Assembly: GCF_001194135.2 (NCBI RefSeq)
Contig: NC_068996.1
Coordinates: 7,856,488 to 7,920,316, forward strand
Source of the DNA: Octopus bimaculoides
Taxonomy: Eukaryota
Length of the DNA stretch: 63,829 nucleotides
Direction of reading: 5' to 3'
In this document: positions 38,561 through 49,581 of the stretch, piece after piece
Layout of the letters: each line of letters opens with the position of its first letter
How positions within the stretch are numbered: position 1 is the first letter of the stretch
The notes under the pieces: generated by a model
Told to the model about the DNA's origin: nothing
Seen by the model: the letters and a program-made list of their open reading frames with translations, nothing else
Database searches by the model: none
Position numbers and translations under genes: made by a program

Positions 38561-38704
38561 ACTGGCATATGAACCCCGGTTGAGAACCACTGCTTTAGAG
38601 CCTGCCACTTCACCTATATTCCATGAACGTTCTCTCCACTCCTTAAAATAAGCCCTTAATTTACATGACATTTCAGACCAGCAGCACTTCTATCCCTAAA
38701 GAAA

Positions 38705-38980
38705 AAAGATCTTTTCCCTACTCTGAGCCCAGTGCAACACATACCTTTGCATTCATAAAACCAATATACTCTTTGACCCATTAAACGTTGCTTCCCTATA
38801 CAGTAACCATTTCACCTGCATTGCTTGAAATGTTATTGACCATCTTAAACATTAATACTCTGGTTTCATATATTGGTAAAAACTAGTCATAGGTTGGTTA
38901 GCGGATCAAATCATTGAGCATTTACATGACCTCTACCTAAACAACACAATCCCACCAGTTAGTTGTCATTTCAACTCACC
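38705..38980 (+). pseudogene. Penelope-like GIY-YIG endonuclease remnant
   Basis: FPYS.P-QCNTYLCIHKTNILFDP...HFTCIA*NVI....YIGK-TSHRL...IEHLHDLYLNNTIPPVSCHFNS: Zn-finger, FTC.S.NVIY, YIG.T.R and EH blocks of a PLE endonuclease. Confidence 0.72.
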
Positions 38981-39565
38981 TGTACCTAGGTACATACTAT
39001 TTCCAGCCTCTCAACCTGTTGTACTATTTCATACCATAGATACCCTACTTCTTGCTTTTGCAAAGGACACCTAATTTTCTGCATTGGCTACTCTTCCTCA
39101 GGTATAAATATTATGGTCACATTCCCATAACAGCACCCTACCACTCTGCATCTCAACCTCCCACACTGCACCCCACATTCATATCCAACAGACCACATAC
39201 TTTCCTATACTTGTATACATCCAAACTGACTGAACATTACACACACACACATACACACACACACACACACATACACTGGCACAAGGGCATAACTACTAAC
39301 TTCGCATGCCCATACATACATACATAGACATACTAATCTTCACATTACCACACCTAATACCCATGAATACACTGCTAACCCATCATACCTACATGCATTT
39401 TTCTGCACGATAATGCATCCCGCATCACCATTGTGCATAGGTGTCCTTCCTTTAGCACACACTATTCCTATACATCCATACCACTTCATGACTTATTACA
39501 TTGTACATAATCACAAGTATAACCACCAGAATGCATGTTGTTTCTTTATGTTTCTTTCTGTGTTC

Positions 39566-39601
39566 CTTTCAGTTGAAGAGCGTAGGCTCGAAACGTCAAA
39601 G
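39566..39601 (+). ncRNA. Minimal hammerhead-like motif with non-canonical core
   Basis: Stem I cttt/aaag; core CAGTTGA(+A); stem II GAGC-gtag-GCTC; GAA-ACGT-C (GUC triplet). Confidence 0.5.
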
Positions 39602-39845
39602 ACTTTCTCTATTCCCAAGCGTTAAACTAATACATCCATTTGTTGTTTACACCACCTGTCCTCGTCTGTTGTTTTTTTTCATAAATTCTCCCATATATAT
39701 GTACAGGCACATACAATTCACATTCTCAGCTGATAAATCGCTTTGTTGCAAGAAAGACTTTTGCACTTCTAACTACACTATTTTATCTTCCTTGACACAC
39801 ATTTGATAAGATTTAACATTTATATAAATGAAAACATTACGCATT

Positions 39846-39886
<41 letters not shown>

Positions 39887-40299
39887 CACTCAAGTATTAT
39901 GAGCTCCTCACTTTCACTCTTGATTTCATTCTTTAAATAATTCTATCCCCACCCTCTTCTTCCACCCTACTCATTTTCCTCTTCTCTCTCTCTTTCTCTC
40001 CCACTTATTCTCTTTCTCTCTTTTTCATTCTCTTTCTCTACCATACTTCCATCTGACTCTTACTGTAATGCAAAGTGTATCTCCTTTTGCAGTCCTTCTA
40101 TCCCACTTCCCATCTTCTATTTTACACTTGACCCACTAGATAAACAGACATCTTAAATTTGGTATTATATTGTTTTTCTTTTATCCTTCTCATTTGATCT
40201 CTATATTTAGCATTTTGAATGACCACAAATTATGAAAGCAATAGCTCTTAAAGTGTATATCACAACAAGCATTGATTGGTTGAGCAGAGATGTGATTTA

Positions 40300-40900
40300 A
40301 GTCAAAATAGGAGAATTAATGGAGAATCTTGCCTCTCACAATATAGAAACATTTCTCTTGGCCCCAGCAGACAAAATGGAAAGGGCATTGCCCCAGAGCA
40401 TGATGAGCCACTCTGACTCACAGGGTTAGCAATTACAGACAGTAATCTTCGCCCCAATAGTGACCAGCAAGCATATGGTCCAGGGACCAACAATTCTGGA
40501 GGTTTCAACTGTCACAGGCTCAACCATAAATCTGCTGGAGAGTGACCAATACCTTGACAGTTTGTTTTTCTCAGCCTAATGAGCAGCAGAGCCTGGGCTG
40601 CTAGCTGACAGCACCAAGTTGCTGCTGGAGAGGATGTCATGGCATGTTACATCCCAGATGAGAGATCTAGCACCACAGAACAGGAAAATTGCCATGCCAT
40701 CAGGTCATTTACCATTCCCTCAAACTGGGAAGTGAAGCCTGTGGCATCTAGGCCATGCTTTATGATCTTGAATGAAAGGTGGCATGGTGTGGAGGATGGC
40801 CAGCATTATGACTGCATGACAGTGGACAGAGGCCAAAAGACTCCACAGTAGATCCACGGCAGGATTCCTGAGGCTCCCAAATCTGGAGACCAAACCTCAA
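40300..40900 (+). pseudogene. Heavily decayed LINE (RTE-like) ORF2 C-terminal fragment
   Basis: Multi-frame SSRAWA..STKLLL.RMSWH..IPDER..TGKLP...LWHLGHAL resembles the RTE C-terminus; many stops. Confidence 0.45.
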
Positions 40901-41017
40901 GGAATTGGCAATGTGCAAGCAGTCACTTAATAAAGAGTATCACCTAAAACATTAGATTATCTTCTGTTTCTTCTTTATTGAATATTTCTTTCAATATTAT
41001 TTCATCTCTTTTCATAA

Positions 41018-41238
41018 AATGGCAAGCTGGTAGAATTGTTAACATGCTGGGTGAAATGCTTAACTGTATCTCATTCATCATTATGTTCTACATTCAAATT
41101 ACACTGAGGTCAACTTTGCCTTCATCCTCTCAGGGTCAATAAAATGAGTACCAGTCAAGCACTGGGGACAATGTAATCAACTTATGCCCCACCCCTGAAA
41201 TTACTGACGTTGTGCCAAAATTTGTAACCGATATCATT
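41018..41238 (+). mobile_element. Family M SINE, old
   Basis: ggcaagctggtagaattgttaac...gaggtcaactttgccttcatcc...ccaaaatttgtaacc. Confidence 0.75.
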
Positions 41239-41624
41239 TTATTGCTTTAAATTTCAGTGTTTTTCAATTACATATTTCACTCATTTGACTTTTATAGAGC
41301 CACCACTTTCTCTCTCCCCCTCTCTCTCTATCTCTATCTCTCTCACACACACACACATACACACACAGAGTGAGAAAAAGATAAACCAGCAAACAACAAA
41401 GGAACAAAGTGGTTATTTTATACATCTCCAAAAACTAATAAATGTCTTAGAAAAGTAGTGAAAAATACTTTGATAGTGCTCTCCTGGGAGAATATAATAA
41501 ACTGGGATGTTTAAATACAAGCAGGAACTATGTTATACAATGAGACATGTGAAACGAGGCAGTACACTTTTAATTCCTTCATGCAAGTTACTTAATCACT
41601 GAGTGTGCAAAATAATTTAAAACA

Positions 41625-41806
41625 TAGCACCCACTACACTCTCTGAGTGGTTGGCGTTAGGAAGGGCATCCAGCTGTAGAAACTCTGCCAAATCAGACTG
41701 GAGCCTGGTGTTGCCATCCGGTTTCACCAGTCCTCAGTCAAATCGTCCAACCCATGCTAGCATGGAAAGCGGACGTTAAACGATGATGATGATGATGATG
41801 ATGATG
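41625..41806 (+). mobile_element. RTE-LINE 3' end, young, (GAT)n tail
   Basis: gcacccactacactctctgagtggttggcgttaggaagggcatccagctgtagaaac...gttaaac(gat)n. Confidence 0.9.
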
Positions 41807-42055
41807 TTATAATTTCATGTCTATGAAGATTAAACAAATTGGAAGAATGGCCTTCAGGTGCTACCTTTAGATGTTTCATCGATTATTCACTTCATCAGCC
41901 ACTGTCGATTTAAAGACAGTTATTCATCTTGTCAGACAACACTTAGCAGTTGTTCGCATTGTAAGTGGTTGCTATATTAATTAATGAGGATTTCACAAAG
42001 AAATGAAAAGGTCATTTTGTATATCACCAAAAATTATTACAAAGGGAGTGTATGC

Positions 42056-42095
<40 letters not shown>

Positions 42096-42444
42096 GTATA
42101 TGTATATATATATATACATACATACATATATGTAACCTTTATCGGAGAATTTTAAACAGGGATGATTTAGCTGTTTCTCTGTAGATAGAAAAAATGATGA
42201 ACAACTTTAATTGATTTTCAAATCTTTTTGAATTCTTTGATATCTTTATCAATTTGACCAATTCCAGAGAAATAAGCTGCCACTCTCTTTAGATATTCTA
42301 CACTTTCAGGAGCTACAGGAAACTGTAACTATTAGTTTGCATACTGCAAGTGTTAACACTTTTATTTAATATCAGGGGCCTCATATTTAATATCAGGGGC
42401 TTGTTCAACTGGGATCTCAGTTCACACAGTATCAAGATATGATA

Positions 42445-43335
42445 CAAGGTGGTATCAAAAAGTTCTTGGACTAATTCTGTAGTGCACCAACAGATGGCAG
42501 TATATGGTTGTGTGTGCAGTAAGAGCTGGCAGTGAAGTTTCATGAGGCAATGTGCTGAGTGACATCGCTTTGTTTATTTTGCAAGTTGTGATATTTGTGT
42601 TTTTGTGATTATGTGTATGCTGTAGTTTGCAATTTTGTCATGGACAGGAACAAAGAGCCAACGTGAAATTTTGTGTTAATCTTGGGAAGTCTGCAACACA
42701 GGCATTGAGCATGTTTTGGCAAGCTTATGGCAATGAAGCAATGGGTCATACACAATGTTTCAAGTAGCACAGGTGCTTCAAAAGTGGAAGAACATCCCTG
42801 GAAGATAATGAGTGATGTGGAAGACCTGCCACAAGTGTCACCGTTGTAAATGTGGTATTGTACATCAAGAATTCATCCGCCGGGGCAAGACCATCAATGG
42901 AGAATTCTACTGCAAGATTTTGAAGCATTTCAAGGAGGGCATTCAGCAAAAGCAATTGGATCTGTGGAACTCGAAGAATTGGATTCTTCACAAGAACAAT
43001 GCACCCTGTCACAGAACTTTCCTCACTTGTGAGTTTCTCATCAAAAGTGACATGGTATTGCTTCTGCACCCACCCTATTTACCAGATTTAGCACCTGTGG
43101 ACTTCTGTCTCTTCTTCAAGATGAAAATTCAGCTCAAAGGTTGCTGTTTTAACATTGTTGTCAAGATCAAGAGCAAATCACAGAAGGTCCTCAACTTGCT
43201 TAAGGAAAATGACTTCCAGGCTGGATTCCAAAAGTGGTAGGAATGCTGGGACCAAAGTATCGCTATGTAAGGTGACTATTTCAAAGGAGATGATGCTAAA
43301 ACTTAGGTAGATAAGTTATTTTTTATTAAACGTAA
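42445..43335 (+). mobile_element. Internally deleted mariner (D,D34D) element
   Basis: TA-caaggtggtatcaaaaagttcttggact left TIR; N-terminal HTH from ATG 42640 to GRPATSVT, then a jump to GIVHQEF; HKNNAPCH (D2>N), then 34 residues to PPYLPDLAPVDF; GDYFKGD end; partial right TIR. Confidence 0.88.
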
Positions 43336-43433
43336 CTAGTCTGGGAACCTTTTTTTATTGAATTTGTAGCTTTTGCAGTAGATTTGGAAATAGAAAATAA
43401 GATTTTACAGTTCTATATTTAAGAATTGTTTAT

Positions 43434-43595
43434 ATTATTTATATTTGACAGATATTTGTCCTCGTCTTTTTTGTTGTTAACACAATGTTTCGGCTGATAT
43501 ACCCTCCAGCCTTCATCAGGAGTCTTGGGGAAATTTCAAACCTGGGTTCTCATTCCTAACAAGATGAGGACAAATATCCGTCAAATGTAAATAAT
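43434..43595 (-). mobile_element. Family H body copy 3 with inverted terminal duplication
   Basis: About 35-bp inverted arms 43434-43468 / 43561-43595; no tRNA head. Confidence 0.85.
43479..43524 (-). ncRNA. Minimal hammerhead ribozyme motif with intact CUGAUGA/GAAA core
   Basis: Minus: gactc CTGATGA a ggctg gagggtatat cagcc GAA acat t gtgtt. One stem I mismatch, and ACGT>ACAT. Confidence 0.7.
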
Positions 43596-43759
43596 TTTAA
43601 AAAATGATTTATCTATTTCTCTGTAGATTATAAAAAATTGATGAACAACCTAAATCAATTTTCAAATCTTATTTTATTCCCATCAGAAGTGTCTACATCA
43701 TTCCCAGAGAAGTAATCTGCCACTCTCTTTATACATATATTTATGATGTATATACACAC

Positions 43760-44308
43760 TGGATGTGCAATGTCAGTGTGCATATATGACAGAGTGTAAG
43801 CATCTTGAGAGAAAAGTTGGGCATAAGAGGCATCAGATGTGGTGTGCAAGTGAGGCAACTGTGCTGGTATGGTCATGTGATGCATATGGATGAGGACAGC
43901 TGTGTAAAGAAGTGTTGATCTCTAACTGTAGAGGGAACCTGTGGAAGAGGTAGACCCAGGAAGATATGGGACAAGGTGGTAAAGCATGATCTTCAGGTGT
44001 TGGCTCTCATGGAGGTGATGGCAAATGATTGTGATCTTTGACAGTTTGTTGTGCTTGAGAAGATTCCTTAAGTAAAATGGTAGTTGTGGCCGAAACCAGT
44101 GACATGTAACAGTATTCATGCCAGTGGCTTGTAAAAGCACCCTCTATACTCTCAGAGGGGTTGACATTAGGAAGAGCATCCAGTCATAGAAACCAAGCCA
44201 AAGTTAGACTGGATCCTGGTGCAGATCTCCAGCTTACCAGTTCCGGTCAAACCATCTAACCCATGCCAACATGGAAAGCGGATGTTAAATGATGAGGATG
44301 ATGATGAT
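43760..44308 (+). mobile_element. 5'-truncated RTE LINE (ORF2 C-terminus, 3' UTR, GAT tail)
   Basis: LREKLGIRGIRCGVQ.RQLCWYGHVMHMDEDSCVKKC..LTVEGTCGRGRPRKIWDKVVKHDL; tail ttaaatgatgaggatgatgatgat. Confidence 0.9.
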
Positions 44309-44518
44309 ACTCTTTACTCTTTTACTTGTTTCAGTCATTTGACTGTGACCATGCTGGAGCACCACCTTTAGTCGAGCAAATCGACCCCAGGACTTATTCT
44401 TTGTAAGCCTAGTACTTATTCTATCGGTCTCTTTTGCCGAACCGCTAAGTTACGGGGACGTAAACACACCATCAATTGTCAAGCAATGTTGGGGTGACAA
44501 ACACAGACACACAATCAT

Positions 44519-44551
<33 letters not shown>

Positions 44552-44727
44552 TATATATACATATATACTACGGGCTTCTTTCAGTTTCCGCCTACCAAAT
44601 CCACTCACTAGGCTTTGGTCAGCCCGAGGCTATAGTAGAAGACACTTGCCCAAGGTGCCACACAGTGAGGCTGAACCCAGAACCATGTGGTTGGTAAGCA
44701 AGCTACTTACCGCACAACCACTCCTAT
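44309..44727 (-). mobile_element. Family A SINE, young
   Basis: Full length; directly abuts the RTE tail. Confidence 0.9.
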
Positions 44728-44884
44728 GATGATGATGATGATGTATGTGTGGGGCATGTATATATGTATTACAAATGTATGAATTGTTCAGGAATTTCTT
44801 GCACTTTGTATACAGTAAATGCACAGGTAATATAAACATTAAGAGCACATGAGAAATAAATTATTTCAGATGTTCATAAGGCTC

Positions 44885-45650
44885 CTTGGAAATCGTTAAT
44901 AGCTTCTGTGACTTTGATGATCTAATTAGCACTGGAAGTGGGTGTTCTAAATGTATAGTAGCCAGAGTAAGGACATGCTTGGAAAAGTTCAAAAATCTTG
45001 TATATTTGCTTGCAATAAAGAGTTTCCTACCCCAGAGTGAAGGGCAGATTGTATGATGCTAGTGTATGAACTGTAATGCTGCATGATAGTCAGATGGGCC
45101 TTGAATGCAGATATTCATGAAACCTGGAAAGAAATGATGTGAACATTCTCTATTAAATGGATAACAATTTGCTATGTGCAACAGAAGCAGTATTAGTGTA
45201 AAATAGCAATCTTGTTATCATACTAAATGTAGATACAATACAGAAAGCCTAGCTGACTGTGGTATTCGTCCTCCGGAGATAATATCTCCTATGGTTGTAG
45301 TGTATTTAAAGACACAAATATATCAGTAGCAAAAGAAAATAATCCAGTGGTGGTGATGGTATTGCTAGATGTGTATTTCTGCCTTTTGGGACTTCATCAG
45401 TAGCAAGTACCCACTGACAATCACATGCTATGACAAAAGGAAAACAGTGATTGAGAAATCACTGATGTTGCAATTAGCTGGCCAGCTGAATAAAATGGAT
45501 AATATTAATACATTAAATGTATAATGTTAATATGCATCAACAATGGAGTAGAAATGAGCAGAGAGAAAAACTGAATATGGGAGTAACAGATGCAGTGTGC
45601 AAGAGAGAAGACTACACCGGTATGAACCTATGATGTGTAAAGGGAGTGGC
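44885..45650 (+). pseudogene. Older RTE ORF2 fragment
   Basis: SFCDFDDLISTGSGCS..IVARVRT..KKFK; KGRLYDASV*TVMLH; REKLN....RCSVQERRLH. Confidence 0.65.
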
Positions 45651-45671
45651 AGTTCTTCAAAGAAGTGTCAC

Positions 45672-46080
45672 ATGCGCAGAAGTGGCTGTGTGGTAAGTAG
45701 CTCGTTTACCAATCACATGGTTTCGGGTTCAGTCCCACTGCATGTCACCTTGGGCAAGTGTCTTCTACTATAGCCTCGGGTCAACTAAAGCCTTGTGAGT
45801 GGATTTGGTAGACGAAAACTGAAAGAAGCCTGTCGTATATATGTATATGTATATATATATATATGTATGTTTGTGTGTCAGTGTTTGTCCCCCCACCACC
45901 ACTTGACACCCAATGCTGGTGTGTTTATGTCCCCATAGCTTAGTGGTTCGGCAAAAGAGACCGATAGAATAAGTACTAGGCTTACAAAGAATAAGTCCTG
46001 GGGTCGATTTGCTCGACTAAAGGCAGTGCTCCAGCATGACCACAGTCAAATGACTAAAACAAGTAAAAGAGTAAAGAGAG
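45672..46080 (+). mobile_element. Family A SINE, young
   Basis: gcgcagaagtggctgtgtggtaagtagc ... gtaaaagagtaaagagag. Confidence 0.92.
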
Positions 46081-46153
46081 TATGCTCAATGTGAATGGAA
46101 CCAGTAAAAGAAGGAGATCAAGGAAGACTTGAATCAAATCTAGCAGATTGATC

Positions 46154-46380
46154 TTAACCTTTTAGCATTTAAACTGGCTATATCCAACTGAAATATTTTA
46201 TCTGTTTTATGTTCAAACTGGCCAGATCTGGTTTTTCACACCTACCCTACAGTGTCATTCTGAAAATAAACAAAGACATCATTGAAATCTCAAAGCTATG
46301 AGATAATACTTGATTAATTCAAATGAATGCGAATACCTAAGCATACATTTGACAGAGTAATTTGAATGCTAAAGGTTTAA
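46154..46380. mobile_element. piggyBac-type MITE copy 2
   Basis: TTAA-ccttttagcattt ... aatgctaaaggt-TTAA. Confidence 0.8.
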
Positions 46381-46572
46381 AACGTCCCATTCCACACAGA
46401 TGACAAAACACAGTGACAATTGGTGATATAGTTTTGGAGGAAATCCAACCAACCATGAACAAAGTGAAATGTATCATAAAATTTGGGTAATGATGGAAGC
46501 TGTGTTCTATATCATATATCTACAGTTGAGCCTTATACCCATTTTGTAACCCCAAAAGTTTTTATCTGTTGT

Positions 46573-46922
46573 TAGGGCTATCTTAGCATTTAGGCCCCCA
46601 GGCAAATCAATGTACTGGACCCTATAATATTTATCTCATGACAGCAAATCACAACATACATAGATCATAAATGGATCCCTGTACCCATGGGTTTCTGAAG
46701 CAAACTTATGCACTATGCCCTTTTCTTTTTATTATTGACAGCACCACAATAAGCACAGATCGGGATTGGGCTCCTAAACACATGAGGTCTCTGAGCAAAA
46801 CAATGCACTGGGCCCTACCATTTATCAACAGCACCATAATACACAGAGATCAAAACTGGGTCCCTAGACCTGTAAGGTCTCAGGGCAACTGTCCAGTGTG
46901 CCCTTGCATCATGACAGCATTG
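46573..46922. mobile_element. Probable non-autonomous DNA element with about 95-bp internal tandem subrepeats
   Basis: gcaaa..atg(c/t)act...ccct anchors at about 46602, 46700, 46795 and 46885. Confidence 0.5.
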
Positions 46923-47131
46923 TCTGCTACCCTTTTTACCTATTCAGTACCCTCACATCTATCATTGCCCACCTCCTGTTTATTTCACTACGCTACCCAT
47001 CTAATAAAGTAAAGCTTTAAATCTGGTCAGAGGCCATTCCTTCTACCACCATCCACATCTATTTAGTCCCCTCTTCCCTTTATTATATTACCTAAATAAA
47101 CAAGGATTGCATGAAATTTGTTGGCATCCAT

Positions 47132-47535
47132 AAGCGCAGGAGTGATTGTGTGGTAAGTAGCTTGCTTACCAACTACATGATTCCGGGTTCATTCCCACTG
47201 CGTGGCTCCTTGGGCAAGTGTCTTCTCCTATAGCCTCGGACTGACCAAAGCCTTGTGAGTGGATTTGGTAGACGGAAACTGAAAGAAGCCCGTCCTATAT
47301 ATGTATATACATATATGTATGTGTGTCAGTGTTTGTCTCCCCAACATCACTTGACAACCGATGCTGGTGTGTTTACATCCCCATAACTTAGTGGTTCGGC
47401 GAAAGAGACCGATAGAATAAGTACTAGGCTTCCAAAGAATAAGTCCTGGGGTCGATTTGCTCGACTAAAGGCAGTGCTCCAGCATGGCCGCAGTCAAATG
47501 ACTGAAACAAGTAAAAGAGTAAAAGAGTAAAGAGT
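47132..47535 (+). mobile_element. Family A SINE, young
   Basis: Full length with (GTAAAAGA) tail. Confidence 0.92.
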
Positions 47536-47796
47536 ATCCAATACACTCCTTCATTTATCCTTCTGTACAGCTTGCCATCACTCCCTTGCTGACATCATTC
47601 TCTTACATTGCCATAATAACTGCTCACTACATTTTTCTCTCCTTCACCGATGACCATTATCCCTTCCCTTAATACATCTAACTTCCAATGTCACCTCCTT
47701 CTCCCCACCAGTCAATGACTGACCTGGGGAAGAAGGCAGATGTATAAGCATCCATCTTTCACTTTCACTTTCAACCTGTTCCACAACTATCTATCA

Positions 47797-47833
<37 letters not shown>

Positions 47834-47849
47834 TCTCTCTCTCTCTCCC

Positions 47850-47923
<74 letters not shown>

Positions 47924-48291
47924 TTCTGCTGTTACTGTCTACCTCTCATTTTTCCTTCCACTTCCATACCATCATCCCGCAACCTTTGATTTCTCTTTCA
48001 TATTCATACCATTTTCTCCATCTCACTCTCGTTTATCTTATGTAATCACCTTTTCTATTTGACCATGTTATCAAGAACAAACAGTGGATACTCTAATCAC
48101 CAAGGATCATTTATCACGTGGGCTTCAAGGTAACATCACTAATGCTGGTTCTGCAATAATAAAAAAGAAAATTCCCTGTACAATCTGTAAAAATGGTTAC
48201 AAAAAAGAGCAGAAAAAATTTCAAGGACACTTTTGTTTAATCTTATGTTGGTGCCACAATATAATACTCCCAGTATATACTGTGTTAGTAT

Positions 48292-48660
48292 GGAGGTGCA
48301 ATGGCCCAGTGGTTAGGACAGCGGACCCACAGTCATAGGATCATGGTTTCAATTCCCAGACCGGGTGTTGTGAGTGTTGTGAGCTTTAGCTCCACGAGGC
48401 TCCGGCAGGGGATGGTGGCGAACCCTGCTGTACTCTTCCACCACAACTTTCTCTCACTCTTTCTTCCTGTTTCTGTTGTGCCTGTAATTCAAAGGGCCAG
48501 CCTTGTCACACTGTGTCATGCTGAATATCCCCGAGAACTATGTTAAGGGTATACTTGTCTGTGGAATGCTCAACCATTTGCACGTTAATTTCACGAGCAG
48601 GCTGTTCCATTGATCGAATCAACTGGAACCCTCATCGTCATAACCAACGGAGTGCCAACC
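48292..48660 (+). mobile_element. Family E tRNA-derived SINE
   Basis: A-box TGGCCCAGTGGTTAGG, B-box-like GGTTTCAATTCCC, 3' non-tRNA body; single copy here. Confidence 0.75.
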
Positions 48661-49059
48661 ACCATACTGTGATATACTGGCACTCCATTGGTTACAACAA
48701 ATGTTCTAGTTGATTCAGTCAATGGAAAAGCCTATTCCCAAAATTAAAGTACAAGCAGTTGAGTACTCTGCTGATATGTGTACCCATAATGTAGTTCTCA
48801 GGGAGATTGAGTATAACATGAAATGTGACATGGCTGGCCCTCTGAAATTCAGATACAACTCAGTTTTGCTAGCTGAATGCACTGGAGAAATAAAGTGTCT
48901 TGCTCAGGGACCTTTAGAGCATAAGCCAAATGCTCTAACCACTAAGCCCAGCACCTTCGCATGCCATTATAAAATATTGTCCCAGACCTCTATAAAATTC
49001 ACCCAGTAAATTCCCGATTGTTTAAATCCTTCTTTCTATTTTTGCATCTACAATTACTT

Positions 49060-49258
49060 ACTCTTTTTACTCTTTTACTTGTTTCAGTCATCCGACTGTG
49101 GCCATGCTGGAGCACTGCCTTTTAGTCGAGCAAATCGATCCCAGGACTTATTCTTTGGATGTCTAGTACTTATTCTATCGGTCTCTTTTGCCGAACCGCT
49201 AAGTTATGGGGGACGTAAACACACCAGCATCAGTTGTCAAGCGATGCTGGGGAGACAA

Positions 49259-49303
<45 letters not shown>

Positions 49304-49525
49304 TATATATATACATATATACGACGGGCTTCTTTCAGCTTCCTTCTGCTAAATCCACTCACAAGGCTTTGGTCAGCCCAAGGCTATAATAGAAGACACT
49401 TGCCCAAGGTGCCATGCAGTGGGAATGAACCCGGANNNNNNNNNNCAAGGTGCCATGCAGTGGGAATGAACCCGGAACCATGTGGTTGGTAAGCAAGCTA
49501 CTTACCACACAGCCACTCCTGTGCC
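49060..49525 (-). mobile_element. Family A SINE containing a 10-N gap
   Basis: About 30 bp duplicated across the gap (assembly overlap). Confidence 0.85.
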
Positions 49526-49581
49526 TGTGTAATAATTAATTTAATTTAATTAATTTATTGTTTGTACTAAATTTGTTAACA

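Noticed and set aside
49405-49476. Tandem duplication inside a SINE
   Set aside because: Identical about 30 bp on both sides of a 10-N gap: an unmerged contig overlap.
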